Shown: piece by piece, positions 43,671 to 59,428 of the stretch
Layout of the letters: each line of letters opens with the position of its first letter
Position numbering within the stretch: position 1 is the first letter of the stretch
From: Chrysomallon squamiferum
Taxonomy: Eukaryota; Animalia; Mollusca
DNA: 64,000 bases
Reading direction: 5' to 3'
NCBI GenBank assembly: GCA_012295275.1
Contig: CM022678.1
Span: 6,634,001-6,698,000 of the forward strand
Notes under the pieces: generated by a model
Told to the model about the DNA's origin: nothing
Seen by the model: the letters and a program-made list of their open reading frames with translations, nothing else
The model's database searches: none
Program-made: the position numbers and the translations under genes

Positions 43671-43997
43671 AGAAATTAAATCTATCTGAAGCAATTGTTA
43701 TTTAATATAGACAAAATTACTGGCAGCACTCTGATCAGTTTTCTAGTTTTCCAGAAAATGGTGATTACTAGACAAATGACTTTTAAGAAGTGTATGAATT
43801 TGTGTCTGCTAAATATGGGTTTTATTATTCGTTTTTTCATTTGTTTGTTTCAACCACAGTTAACAGAAAACCAGATGTAAAAATGTTTAATAAATTTTAT
43901 CTGCTAAATACAGTTTCCTTATTTATTTTCACTGTCTATTTTATATATATATATTTTTTTTTTTTTTTTAAATAGATTATACACTGTTGTGAAAACC

Positions 43998-44012
43998 AGA
44001 AACTTCTAGAAA
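43998..44012. promoter_or_regulatory. Perfect three-unit heat-shock element (aGAAacTTCtaGAAa)
   Basis: Exact nGAAnnTTCnnGAAn match inside the inverted repeat aaccaga...tctggtt; motif match only. Confidence 0.35.
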
Positions 44013-44205
44013 TCTGGTTCCAGTCTGCCAGGACAAAATGTCTGGTAATCTGTAGAGTTATTATTTTTAATTAATTCTTCTTTCTTAAGGTGGGTATAGT
44101 CAGTCATCTAACAGCAAGAATTAGCGGAAGCAAATGGCACCCAGGCACTGCACTTTACTGACACGAGTTTCTGATGTAACTCAGTGTATTCTGATCACTA
44201 ATGAG

Positions 44206-44219
44206 GTTGCTATAGAAAC
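44206..44219. promoter_or_regulatory. RFX X-box GTTGCTATAGAAAC
   Basis: Exact match to GTHNYY-AT-RRNAAC in a non-repetitive island 5' of the first recognised zinc-finger exon. Confidence 0.35.
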
Positions 44220-44440
44220 AGGGGAGATCAAAATCAACACAAACTTCAGAGGTGACTGAAGATTTAAAAAAAAAAATTGATTGACCTCGATTTTTGTAAA
44301 ATAAAATAAAATAAAAATAACAGTTATGATTATTACTGAAATAATGGCATTTGGAAGAATAACAATAATGATGATGATGATGATAGTAGTAGTAGTAGTA
44401 GTAATAATAATAATAATAATGATGATGATGATGATGATAA

Positions 44441-44489
<49 letters not shown>

Positions 44490-46743
44490 TAAAACTGAAA
44501 AAAGTTAATACAAAATATACACTAAAAAAACCCAACAACTTTATTTTAAATGAAAATCATTTGATTTAAAATTTCAAAATACAGTGCTCAGTGTAATTAT
44601 GAATATATATTTTAAAAGAAGAAAATAAAATAAAATAAAAACTTTTACTGTCAGTCACAGAAATTTAACATGACATGAAACTGGAATGTGGTTTAATATT
44701 AAAATTATATACTGTGATATGCATGGCTAAAATTACACAATAAAATATTTTAAAATGTTTGATAAATAAAGACATCTTCTAAAATTACAATAATATTTTA
44801 GAAATGATAATATTTAAAATTCTGATACAAGATAACTAAAATTACAATAAATTATTTACAAAAATGTTTGATGTACAAACATGTATATGAAATTTAAAAA
44901 AATAATAATAAAAATGAAATAAAAAAATAATTTAGAATGTGAAACAAATTTAAAATTAAAATTAAATGAAATTTTAAAACTGAATTACGTTTAAATATAA
45001 AATTACAATTTAAAAATCAGAACAGTTTTAACTAAAATTAGCAAAAATATTAAAAAATCGGAAACAAACAGAAAAACCTAGAATCACGTTTAAAAACTAA
45101 AGTCACAAAATATTTTAGATTTTATCTGAACCAGTTTTAACTAAAATTACAAAAATATTTTTTTTTTAAAAATCTGAAACAGATTGAAAAGCTAAAATTA
45201 CAATCGATCCCAGAATTATGAACAAATACAAAACTTTGAAAGTCATTTTTCAACTCCATTATCAAAGGGACTCTACTCTAACAAGTGAGCTGGAAATTTA
45301 AATTGAAAAAAAAAAAATGGCAGAAACATGATTGCTTTGTATCATTTTTTTTCATTCCAATATGACTTTCTGCCACAAAGACAATATTCGAGTATTAATG
45401 AAATAAATTTATTATTTCCCAGAGGCAAAGGATCCTATTTAGAGATTATTTTTTTTTTTTTTTTTTTTTTCTGCTTTAAAAACTATCTTTAATTCGTAAT
45501 GTGAAAATCAATAAAATGAGTTGCATTACATTAAAAAAAAAAAATAAAAAAAATAAATAAAAAATTTAAAAATAAAATGGAAGATGAAAAAACTAAAAAC
45601 ACTGCTTTATTGGATAAAATTTAAAAAAAACAAAAATATCTTGTTTCTGATTTTTTTGTTTTTTAATTACAAAAAGAAAATAATAATTTAAAATGAAAAA
45701 ATAATGATGAATTTGTTCATTTCACTTTGACTTAAAAAAAAATTAAATAAAATAGTAAAATAAAAATTAAAACTATAGCATTATTAATTCTGTTTGGCTT
45801 TTTTTGTGAGGTTTTTGGGGAAAATTTTTTTTTGTTCTTTAACACAAATTAATGTGATTTTTTTATTCTTTTAAAATAAATTTGAATTACAACAACGAAA
45901 CTAGGAACCTATCTGTTTTAAATTTTATATATTTCAAATTGTATATTTTATATTTTTATTCTTTTTGGTTTATTTTATACATTTTGTATTATATTTAAAA
46001 TAAAAGATACAGAAACTGAAAAACACAAGCCAGTGTGTTATTAATTTATTATTTGTGAAACAAAATCAAAAATGAAAAATAATGACAGTAATAGAAAAAA
46101 AAAATAATAATAATAATAGGAAGAGAAAAGATAATAAAAAAATTTCGGTTCTGAAATCAAAAAAAAAAAAAAAAACATAAGAAAATTAAAAAAATAAAAG
46201 ATATTTGGATCTGAAATCAAATAATAAAATAAAATAAAAAAAAAATATTTTTTAGCATCTCAAATCAATAAATTGTACAAATTTCTTTCTTCTTCAGGAA
46301 AGGTCTCACGCCAGAGTTTGAATTTCAAAAATCTCCATTCATCGTCAAATCGGATAACCGCGTTTTGAAAAAGAACAGACATCAAATTCCGTCCATTCTC
46401 TTTCTGATTTCATTTTCGTCCAGTCGAAATAAAATCATCAAAATGCTTCTTTGACTCTTTGCATTCGCATTAACCCACGCGCCTCTCGTCGGAATTTGTC
46501 CAAAGACGTGGAGGAGATAAGAAAGAGAAAAAAAAAAAAAAAAAAATCAATAATGCAAGCAGAGTGCCATGTATTTAGAAGCTGACTGACCACAAGTAGA
46601 CTGGTCATCACTCTGGCCAGACATTTGACCACAGCGGGTGAAGTGTGACCCAGTTTTCGCCTGCATGGACAGGAAAACTGGGACAGACTGAGGAGAAAGG
46701 TTCCAATCGATCGATCAGGAATGGCAAACAGGAATCTCAATTA

Positions 46744-46779
<36 letters not shown>

Positions 46780-47154
46780 CTGGACTGGTCATTGATTTAA
46801 TGCGCTGCAGTATGGGATGCAAGTGAATGTTTGTGTGTTTGTCTGTCTGTTGTTTGTGTGTCTGGATGTGTGGGTGGGGGTTGAGATGACTACAGTGGGC
46901 AGAATGGGGGGTAATGGATGCAAGGGTGGGTGGGAGTGTTTGTTTTGTGCATGTGTGTATTGGTTTTATGTGTATTTGCCGATGTTTCTATAATTATGTT
47001 GGTACATTTTTTGTGTGTGTTAATTGTTAGTTTTATTCTTTGCTTGTGTATGTGTGTTTGTAAAGAAAAAGAAAAAAAAAAAAAAAAAAAAAAAATACAT
47101 AACTAAAAACAAAACCTGATTATAATCCATTCATATTTCAAAAGTTTTACTTAT

Positions 47155-47210
<56 letters not shown>

Positions 47211-47271
47211 ATAAAAAAACAAATATTAAAGCTAGAAGTATTTATTTAATGAGATAAAAAAAAAAAGAGTC

Positions 47272-47302
<31 letters not shown>

Positions 47303-47376
47303 ATTTAATGAGTAAGAGAGAGAAAACACAAAAACAAGCATCAGAACTACTAGTTCTTATTTAATGAATAAAACGG

Positions 47377-47448
<72 letters not shown>

Positions 47449-47941
47449 CAAAAAAAACATACTTCAAAACAAGTATTTTACAAGATCAAAATGCACTTAC
47501 AGACACACAATCTACAAGTTTTAATTAATGACAGAAAAAGGAGAGAGAGAAAAGAGAGAGAAAAGACTCAGAGAAATAAACAGACCATAAAAAAAAAAAA
47601 ATAAAAATAATATAAAAATTAAAAATAAAATAAAATAAGAACAGTACACTGAAAAACGTTAACTAAACACACAAACAAAGTAATGTATTTTTTTAAACTA
47701 CCAGTGCTGGCTGTATGTGTATCTGACGTCAAGTGTTAAGATACTGAACAGGTTTCTCTGTTACCAGCGCAATACACCAAGTATCTACATAACCATCTTA
47801 CATATATACATACATACACACACGTGTGACCTCCTGTTCTACTTATACACCAGGCTGATGGAAAGGTTTGCCAGAGAGCAACAACCTTCAGACAGAAATA
47901 GCTTGACCGCAAGTTTAGGGATAACAGCTAGGCTTTGATAT

Positions 47942-47944
<3 letters not shown>

Positions 47945-47998
<54 letters not shown>

Positions 47999-48194
47999 GT
48001 ATGTGAATGTAACAGTGTGTGTGAGTACGATTTTTTTAATGGGTGTGTGTGTCTGTGTGTGTGTGTGTGTGTGTTGTATGTGAATGTAACAGTGTGTGTG
48101 AGTACGATTTTGTAATGTGTCTGTGTGTCTCTGTGTCTGTGTGTGTGTGTGTGTTGTATGTGAATGTAACTGTGTGTGCGAGTACGATTTTTTA

Positions 48195-48229
<35 letters not shown>

Positions 48230-48770
48230 GTATGTGAATGTAACAGTGTGTGTGAGTACGATTTTGTAATGTGTGTGTGTGTGTCTGTGTGTGTGTGTGT
48301 GTTGTATGTGAATGTAACAGTGTGTGTGAGTACGATTTTTTTAATGTGTGTGTGTGTCTGTGTGTGTGTGTGTGTTGTATGTGAATGTAACTGTGTGTGA
48401 GTACAATTTTTTTAATGTGTGTGTGTGCTTTGAGTGTGTGTGTGTGTGTGTTGTATGTGAATGTAACTGTGTGTGCGAGTACGATTTTGTAATGTGTGTG
48501 TGTGTCTGTGTGTGTGTGTGTGTGTGTTGTATGTGAATGTAACAGTGTGTGAATAATGTGTGTGTGTGTCTGTGTGTATGTGAATGTAACAGTGTGTGTG
48601 AGTAATTTTGTAATGTGTGTGTGTGTCTGTGTGTGTGTGTGTGTGTGTGTGTTGTATGTGATGTGTGTGTGTGAGTATGATTTTGTAATGTGTGTGTGTG
48701 TGTTGTATGTGAATGTAACTGTGTGTGTGTAGATTTTTTAATGTGTGTGTGTGTTGTGTGTGTGTGCTTG
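47945..48770. repeat. ~75-bp satellite, about 10 copies: (TG)n plus gttgtatgtgaatgtaacagtgtgtgtgagtacgatttt
   Basis: Core recurs at about 47996, 48073, 48153, 48227, 48301, 48374, 48450 and 48526, then degenerately to about 48720. Confidence 0.93.
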
Positions 48771-49669
48771 AGTGTGTGTAAGGGTGAGTGTGAATATATA
48801 TATGAGTGTGTGTATGTGTGTATGTGTGTTGTGTTAATACATGTATATTTGTGTATGCAAGGGTGAGTGTGTGTGTGTATGTTTCTGCATGTGTATGTAT
48901 GTGTGTTTTGTGTGTATAGTAAACACATCTATGCATACAAGAAGATGAATGTAATAAAATATTAGTATAATAACATTTAAAAAGAAACCATCAATGTAAA
49001 TGAAGGTATGAAAAGAGTTCTATTTTAACAAGAAATCACATTAAAAATCAGTCAACCGAAACTGTACATAATCATCAAAGGAACATTTCAAAACCATCAT
49101 AATCTAAATTTAAAAAAAAAAAAAATTATATGTTTTGATTATCAGTTCACAAATGTGAAATTCAAAACTGCTTATTCACGTTACAACTAAAGATTACATT
49201 CCAACTGGAGTGAAAAGACAAGAAAATAAATATTTTATTCAGGTAAATATAATTTATATATGATTTATAAGGTCTCATTATTAAAATATATTACAAACCA
49301 TATTATATTTGTGACATGAAAAAAAAAAAATTTAATTTGGAGACAAAAAAAAAAGAAAAAAAAAAGTTTTATCTCACTTTGTTACAAAATATCTATGCAT
49401 GTTTTATGAAAACCAAATAATTAAAAACCCCACAAAGTTATTATTATTAACTAAATATGTTTGTCACATGAAACAGAAATTTTTGGTTTTGAAAAAAAAA
49501 AACGTTTTTCCATACATATTTTAAACTTTTAAGAAATAAAAAAATACAAATTTATTTCCATTTAAAACAATGACACATCATGATCACAGTAAGTAAACAC
49601 ATTATTAGCTAGATGTGCCTGAGGGACAAAAAAACAACAAAACAAAAAACTTTAATTAGAACGAAAAAA

Positions 49670-49970
49670 ACATTCACAATATTTTCCACACATATTTAAA
49701 AAATTTTACGAGATCAAAAACAAACTTCAATTCACAATGTTTTCCATACAAATTTAATTTTTTTTTAATGAAATCAAAAATTAAACTTCAATTCACAATG
49801 TTTTCCATACAAATTTTTTTTTTTTTTAATGAAATCAAAAATTAAATTTCAATTCACAATGTTTTCCATACAAATTTAAAAACATTTTTACGAAATAAAA
49901 AACAAACTTCAATTCACAATGTTTTCCATACAAATTTTAAACCAATTTTACGAAATCAAAAACAAACTTA
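49670..49970. repeat. Five-copy ~60-bp tandem repeat (ttcaattcacaatgttttccatacaaattt...)
   Basis: Core at about 49672, 49731, 49792, 49853 and 49913. Confidence 0.92.
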
Positions 49971-51413
49971 TTTCATAAAACGTTACCAAAACCATGAGCC
50001 ACACATGCCTGCTACTAAACACATGAAATTTTTTTCTTTTTTTATTTCGACAGAAATATTTACGACTCTTTTCTGGTAACAAAACAAAACAAATCGGCAT
50101 ACATTTGAGAAGTTACAAGCAAGCTGTCTGAACACGAACCTATCCCAGAAAGAAAGAAAATTCCTGGGAGATCTTCATGAATGCAGCATGTTCACAATGA
50201 GTGTGTCACTTTGGATTAATATTTGTCAAAGCAAACAAACTTGAGTGTAGAGAATACTTGGCTGTATGTAACATGACAAAGTCATAGACTTGTTTGCTAA
50301 GGAATATATTTATAAAAATACCAAAAAAAAAAAAAAAAAAAAAGGCTGCCATCTTGTTTTCACAAAAAAATCAGCAGTACTGTTGTTGTTGTTTGTTTGT
50401 TTGTTTGTAAAAAGAATTTAGTTAGGTAAAATACAAAAGGAAGCCATGTTGGTTTTGTTTATTTGCTTAAAATGTGTGTGTTTAATGATGTCAAAACATT
50501 TTTTAAAAAAAAAAATGTCTTCTTCTTTTTATCTTCCTCTTCTTATAATTATTATTAACTTTTTTTTTAAATTTTTGTATGTGTGTTTGTGTGTGTGTGT
50601 GTGTTTGTGTGTTTGTATGTATGTGTGTGTTTGTGTATTTGTATGTGTGTGGTCTATTTTCTGTTATAATTGAATATGAGCGCAAATATGCATTTGATTA
50701 ATGCATGTATGTGTGTATATGTATGTGTGTATGTATACATATATATACACACATATATGAATGTGTGATGTGAGTTTAGGTAGGTTAAGTATTTAAATCT
50801 TTGTAGTGTTATTAATGGCTTGACAATGTAAAATGTCTGTCTATTTGAAAAATTAACTTGCTCATACTATTTCTATCTAAAAACACAATTAACCAAACAT
50901 AAAATTATACTTTCTAAACCCCTCTCTCCATAAACAATCATTTTTACACCATTAAAAATACTTACTAACAAAACACACCTGTATTTACTAACGAGATATC
51001 CAAAAACATTTACTTACCTTTCCAGCCAGGTGAATAATTACTATCAATATATTTGCAACAAATTAAATCCTGCACACACACATATATATATATATACTTG
51101 AATAAATGGAAAAATATGAAAACAATGATTTATATATTACACGGTCAATACTATATGCATATTTATTATTTTTACAATGGTACCTGTTTACATGCATGTA
51201 TTAATATTTGATGCTGAATTTAAATATTTTATGTACTAGGGTACTGTTACATGTAAATAAGTTTTGTACATGTATACTGTCGTATGTAATGGATGCTTTG
51301 ACATACTGTCAGAGTAAATCAGTCAAAAATGATAATTTTGTTATTAATGCTTTTGTAAAGTAATTTTGAACTTGAAGATAAAATGAGATTGTGTGTGGTT
51401 GTTTCTTCTCAGT

Positions 51414-51452
<39 letters not shown>

Positions 51453-52427
51453 AAATTTCTTTATGAACTTCTCATCATTAGCCTTTCATTAATATTATTT
51501 TCTAATTAAAACAAGTCAAAAATAATTTTTAAAATTTGTTAATAAAAAACCCAAATAATAATAATAATCATAAAAGAGTTTTACTATTCTCACAAACATA
51601 TTCATTAATAAAGAAAATTAAGAAAACCTTCCAAAAATAATAATAAAAAAAAAAATAATAAAAAAAATAAGGTAGACAAATAAATAAATATATAAATAAA
51701 TAAATAAACAAGCAAACAAACAATATAAATATCATAAACAAATAAATAATATAAATAAATAAACTAATAAATGAAATAAATAAATAAATAAACTAATAAA
51801 TAAAAAAAAAAAATAAATAAACAAATAAACAAAATAAACTAATAAACTAATAAATAAAATAAATAAAATAAACAAACAAACAAATAAATAAATAAAGTAC
51901 TGATAATAAACCCTATTCATCTTTAACAAAAGAAAGAAAGAAAGAAAAAAACAAACAAACAAACAAACACCAGAATTATCTATTCAAACATTTTTCTTCC
52001 TAAGCCTTTTTTTTTTTTTTGCCTTTTGGCATAGCATACATACAATATGGATTTTCTTTCAACACTGGACCGTTCCCAGAAAGCAGTGCATTCTGGGTAA
52101 GGAATGAAAATGAACATGCTGTTGTTATGTGATGGTGTGTATATTAGTCCTGCTCTGCCATATCTAGGTCACCTGCTTTGCTCTGCAGGCCAAATGCATG
52201 GAGGGTACACATGACCTTGTTTGACCTATGTAAGCAACATTTTGGTTTTCTATGTCAGCTGGTTATTATCAATAGTAGTTGTATAGAGAATATCATCATG
52301 CTGGATAAAAAAAAAAAAAAAAAATTTTTTTTTTTTTGCTTTTGCTGTGTTTACTGTTTGGCAGCTTTGAAGTGTGTGTATGTATGTGTGTGTGTGTGTG
52401 TGTGTGTGTATTTATATATATATACAA

Positions 52428-52485
<58 letters not shown>

Positions 52486-52954
52486 CTGTATCTGTATGTA
52501 TGTATCTGTATGTGTGGGTTTCTGTGTATGTTTGTTTGTATGTATGTGGGTTTCTGTGTGTGTGTAAGTTTGTTTGTGTGTATGTATGAATGAATGTATG
52601 GATGTATGTATGTATGCATGTGTGTGCGTATAAGTGTACGTAGGAGTGTGTGTGTGTGTATTGTGTGTGTGTAAGTTTGTTTGTATATGTATGTGGATGT
52701 ATGTATGTATGTTTGTATGTATGCATGTGTGTGTGTGTCTGTGTGTGTGTGGGTGTATATTTGTGTGTGAGTGTGTATCTGTGTGTGAAATATTTCTACG
52801 AAATGACTTAAATGCACTTGTTATTTATTAATTAAGTAACATTAATGATCGCTATCAACGTGTACATTAATATACACATCCATAATTCACAAAAGCTGAA
52901 TATGTGAGATTACTGAAGCCTGTCGTAAATTCGCTGAAGCATACAAAATATATA

Positions 52955-52993
<39 letters not shown>

Positions 52994-53114
52994 ACACTGT
53001 AAATGCAATGAAGCGTGAAAATAATAATAATAAAAAAAAACATTAAAAATAGATACGAAGTAAAACAATCTTGTTACATTTTTTTTTTTTTTTTTACACT
53101 AGTTAATACTTATA

Positions 53115-53154
<40 letters not shown>

Positions 53155-53734
53155 CATGCACTTTCTGTACTTGTTTTGTAACCAGATGTATAAAACAAAT
53201 CTCAGCAAAATGAACAAAAAAAAAAAAAAAAAAAAAAAAAAAAGAAATAAATGAAAATGAAAATACAAATGAAATAAAAAAGAAAAAAAAAAAAAAAAAA
53301 AAAAGAGATAATGACAAAGGAGCTGTCAATCTTTGAACACGCAATAATAATAAAAAAATTAAAAAAAAAATAAAAAAATTTAAAAATCCTGAGATTTAAT
53401 ATTTATTGCAACAATCCCAAAGGCTGAATACATTTTTTTTTGTGAGTTTATTTTTTATTTTTATTTTTTAAATTCTTTTTATATTATTTTTTAAATTCTG
53501 CTGCATGGTTTTAGAGTGGACAGAAATACAGAACTGATGACTCATGGGTAAAACTGCCATTCCTGGATAAGTTTTACTAAAAGGGTCATCATGTAGTAAT
53601 GTTTGTTTTCTTTCTCTTGTGTTTTTTTTTATTACTTGTACATCATCTGATGACAGGATTTGTCAAATGATACAGTATTGTTTTTAAACTCTAGTTTTGT
53701 TATTTCTGTTGGTGTGTATGTGTATTTTACACAA

Positions 53735-53769
<35 letters not shown>

Positions 53770-53890
53770 CATGTATATATGTATATGTACGTGTGTGTGT
53801 GTATGTGTAAAATAAAAATTATATGTTTGATGTTAAAGTTTTAAAATGATATTTTATTGTTTCAAGTTTTTCTGCCTGTCTGTTTCTATT

Positions 53891-53939
<49 letters not shown>

Positions 53940-54455
53940 TTAAAATTAATTGTTTTGAATACAAGTTGATTATAAAATGTTGTTTTGACTTATCTTTGAA
54001 AAAAAAGGAATTAAGTAATTAAAAATTATGAATTTAAATATGTAAATGTATGTATGTGTATTTCTCTGTATTTGTACATATGAGTTTCCACATAAAAAAA
54101 AACCCCACCAAAACCACCAATAAAAAACAAAACACATAACAGTGCACAATTTTTTTTTTAAAGGTACATTAGAATTAAGTAACTTAACAGAAAAATAAAG
54201 ACAAAACAAAAGATAATTTTGTTTTTGAAGTTTCAATTAAAAATAATGCAGAAACAAAAATGTGTCAGAAGAATTTAATTAGAATTTTAAAAACCGTTAC
54301 ATTATAACTAATTTATAAAAGAAAAAGAAAAGAAGTCATCTTTCATAAAACTGACATAAGATCTAGAAATGTGTGTGTGTATGTGTGTGTATGTGTGTAT
54401 GTAGGTATGTAGGTATGTATGTGTGTGTGTGTGTATGTGTGTATGTAAGTTTCTC

Positions 54456-54486
<31 letters not shown>

Positions 54487-54572
54487 AAGTGTGTATGTAT
54501 GTATGTATGTGTGTATGTAGGTATGTATGTGTGTATGTATGGTATGTATGTGTGTGTGTATGTATGTATGTA

Positions 54573-54605
<33 letters not shown>

Positions 54606-55411
54606 ATGTAAATCTGTGTGTGTGTCTGTTACTGATCAACAGAAAAATAAATGAAACCCCCACCCACATAAAAATCTTTTTAAGAACCATAAATAAATCA
54701 ATCAATCAATCAATCAATAAATAATAAACAAACAAAACCTAAATAAATTAGTTAACCATCACAAACAAACTTATAAAACAACAACAACAACAACAAACAA
54801 CAACAACAACACTGTACATACATACCCTGTAATCCTAACACCATTTTCGAACCAACTCCAAAGATCATGGGAAACACAAAAGTTCCTGCGTTAGCCATGC
54901 GCGCACCCCCGACAACATCTACATCGTCATCAAACAGGCGATACGTAATTATTATTCTTTATATATATGTACACGACCACATCCACATCGCTCTCCTCTT
55001 AAAATCAATACGACAGATTATCACGTTTTTGACTATTAACCTGCTTTTCAGATAAGTACCAAAGACATTTAATAAAAAAAATAATAATAATAAAAGAAAT
55101 TAATTATACATCCTTTGATAAATGATTTTGTACGATATGGATTGCTTGTCTTGTGCCGAGAGAGTGCTTTTTCGACTCCTAATTACCTTGGAATAAAGAA
55201 CCCTTAGTGAAAATATATATATATATACAGAGAGAGAGAGGAATATGAATAGGAAATCTGTTTTTTTTTATTTATTTTAATTTTACTTTCGTCATTTGCT
55301 TACGTGTATTAATTGTGAGTACCAGGCCCACCTACGGGATCAAATCAACTTGACCGAGATTGAATTCGGAAAATGCATCGTGGTAATTTCAGAAAATAGG
55401 TTTCGGTGACC

Positions 55412-55442
<31 letters not shown>

Positions 55443-55889
55443 CTTTGTATACCGAGATCAATATGAGTATGCTGTGATGGCAGAAACCTAGATTAGACTG
55501 CAGGTTGCATATATTGCCGACTTAGGCAGTCAGTAGAGAGGAGAAGAAAAAAAAAAAATCAATAAAACTACTGGACAGAAGTGGTCAGTTCGACTGGTTT
55601 CGAAGATTTTCTGTAAAAGTCGTCACTAATGCGTACGTACGGAAAAATCGACTGGTTTGGTAAATATCAGTCTAATGCTTTGAAGTTATTCATATTCAAC
55701 AACTTCCATTTTGGATTTTAAATAATTGAGTAGTAGTAGTAGTTGTTGTTGTTGTTGCTGCTGCTGTTGTTATGCGAATCTTGCCTACTTTCCACCTGAT
55801 ATTTATTAAAATAAATATTGATTAGATATGATGTTGTTTGTGAATGTGTGTGTGTGTGTGTGTGTGTCTGGGTGTGTGTGTGTGTGTCT

Positions 55890-55978
<89 letters not shown>

Positions 55979-56101
55979 TGTGAGTGTGAGTGTGTGTGTG
56001 TGTGTGTTGTGTGTGTGTACGTACTTTGTTGTGTGTGTGTGTATTGAGAGAGAGTCTGAATATTGGTATAATGAGATGTTTTTAAAGAGAGAGAGGGACA
56101 G

Positions 56102-56267
<166 letters not shown>

Positions 56268-58345
56268 ACTAATAAGAGTATGTTTTAAGGAGAGTGAGTG
56301 AACTGTAGAGCTAGACAGAAAGAAAGAGAGACAGAGAAGATAGAAAAAAATAAAAACATTAAACTGATAATGATTACAGAAAACACAAAAACACTGAAAA
56401 GAAAGGGAAGAAAAAGAAACCCCAAAAAGACAAAAAGAAAATGACTTCATTCATTGTCACAGTCATGCAAAACAAAATGTCCACCTTAAAACGTAAACCC
56501 ATTTAAAACATTCAATCTAAACAAATAAATAAAAACTCAAATCTCTCTCTTTCCATGACTGATTTAACACACAAGCTTCACGTCTGACAAACATAAAGGA
56601 GGTTGACTCATACAAGATGGATGGATGGACGGATGGATGGATCAGTGGACAGATATTTTGGATGGATGGATACACATCACTGCTCATGCTAAGAAGAAGA
56701 AAATAAAAAAAAACCTGACACTCAACATGGCAGACAAAAAACCCACCCCACCCCCTCCCACCCAACAACCATTAAGTCATTCGTTCAAGTAAACAAAACA
56801 AAAAAAGATTTTTTTTATCTTTCTTTTCTTTTATTTTATATAAAACAGAAATCTTGTTATGCAACTTCAAACAATTGATGTGTAATCGCCACAGCAAAAA
56901 TGTTCCATTCCGCCGTTGTTGTTGCATTAACAACAACAGCAGCAGCTACGTAATCGATGACGATGTAAGGTTTTGCAAACTTTCCATCCCTGCGGACTTA
57001 AAGCTTATGGAAGCTTTTTCTCTCCCCCATTCAGTCTATAGAAAACAACATGTCTGACAAACAGGTCTGTCTCTTTGTGACCTGCTGACCTGCCAGTCTT
57101 CGTCTGCTGTAACGTTACAGCACGCCCTTAGAATACTACCAGGTTTTAATGACCATTCACTGCATGAAGCTTGCTGTGTGTTTGCTGCTGCTGCTGTTGC
57201 TGCTGTTGTTGCTGCTGGCCACATGGGGGGGAAAGCCTGTAGGCTTAATAAGTCAGTGAACTCTTCTAAGTGCAGTTAGCACAACGATTATGATGACTGA
57301 TGGAGAAAAAAAAAAACAATGTTGTGGCTATTGTAGACTTTTTTTTTTTTTTTTTACAGAGAGGATTGGCAGACAGTTTTTGGGAATTTGAGTTAAATTT
57401 TGCAGAAATGAATTAAGTGATTTTAAGATTATGAGTTAATGAATGAATGAATGAATGAATGAATAAATGTATGAATGAATGAATGAATGAATAAATGTAC
57501 GAATGAATGAATGAATGAATAAATGAATCTGCATGTGTGTGTTTGTGTGAGTGGGCGTATCCACCACCACATCATTACCATTACCACATAACAGCTACTA
57601 CAACCACAACCACAACCACAAAAAAAACTAGTACTACAAATATAAATACTATAAAAAAAACAAAAAAATAACAATAGCAATAATAAGCTCTAATAATTAG
57701 TAAACATTCTAATCAGAAGATTATATCATTTATATCGAGAGCTAATCCATTCCAAAGGATAATGATGATAATCAGGAGATAATCCATTTTACCATTTAAT
57801 CCATTCCATTCTCCTCAACAATCAGATTAAACCCTCTCCCATGGAAATATGTCCCACCCACATATCCTGATTACTATTATTATTAACAATGACTTCCAGA
57901 ATACTGGTAAAAAAAAAAAAAAAAAAAAAAAAATAATAATAATAATTTTTTTCTTAGGCCTGGAGACATGGAAAAACATTATTGTTTGTCACAGTAATTA
58001 GGACATGATATTTTGGGGTTGGGGGGGAGGTTTGAGGGGGGTGTTTTTTTTTTCTCGTTAAATTCACCTGTTGTTCCGGAGTTTTCTGACCTTTTATCAG
58101 TTTATTGTGAATCGTAGAAAAATGGTTTTGTAGTTTTTTTTTTTATATATATTTATATATCCATCTTTCTAGCTATATTTGTTTGTGTGTGTGTGTGTGT
58201 ATGTGTGAGAGAGAGAGAGTATTGAATATCACAGTGGATATAATCAAATTGTTTTATAGCTGTAAAATAAAAAATTCCTTCTTTCTCATTTTAAATATTT
58301 TTATTTACTCTGTTGGCAAACTTTATGTGTATGTGTGATAGAGAA

Positions 58346-58434
<89 letters not shown>

Positions 58435-59361
58435 CAACAAGATGAAATGAGATGAAAAGGGAGAAACACTTAATTATAAAATACAGATTTTACAAGTGAC
58501 TACATTTAAATTGTTTCCATTTTATCCTCAATTCTCTCTCTCTCTCTCTCTCTCCACACAAAACAATGAAAAATTTAAAAATTTAAAAAAACAAACAAAA
58601 AAAACCCACTAAAATCTTTTCACTTCTAAATTAAATTTTTCCAAAGCACTCAATTTTAAAATCCATCAATTTCTTCTTTTTTTTTCACCAAAACAACAAC
58701 AAAAAAGCATTAACAATTTTTCTCTAATACTTTCGAAGTAAGACAACACTTAGGTCATTGAGTGTGTACTTTCGTTCTAATTTTTTTTAATTACCTTCTT
58801 TTTTTTTTTTACCTTAACATCCTACTTATATTTTTCACCATCATTACCTGGTAAATCAGAACTCAAAGGCTAATCAGCTAATGGAATTGATTATACATAT
58901 GGACAGTGCTTATTTAAACCAATTGATTTTTTTTCAGGTAATAATAATAAAAAAAACGTACCTGCAGACCACACCTGTAATCACGGTTAACGAGTTAATA
59001 CAACAAAAAAAAAAAAAAAAGTGCCAGGTGAAACAAGTATTTTTTTAGTGTATGAACTTTAAATAATGGTCAATCTTCTTTTGTTCCTAGTTTTTTATTG
59101 TTGTTGTTGCTGCTGCTGTTGTGGTGGTTGTTGTTGTTGTTGGAGTTGATGTGAGTGATGACAATGATGATAATGATGATTATTAGTACTTTTAAAAGAC
59201 ATCATTATCATTATTTCTGTTATTATTACCATAATCTTTTATCGTCATCATCATCATCATCATCATAATTATCATTATCATTATTATTATTGCTATTATT
59301 ATAATTATTATTATTACTACTATTATTATTGTTGTTGTTGTTGTTATTGTTGCTATTATTA

Positions 59362-59418
<57 letters not shown>

Positions 59419-59428
59419 CATCATCATT

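Noticed and set aside
47911-47932. aagtttagggataacagc, resembling the large-subunit rRNA / I-SceI-site motif TAGGGATAACAG
   Set aside because: Only 12-13 nt match and the flanks show no rRNA-like continuation, so there is no support for a NUMT or homing site.
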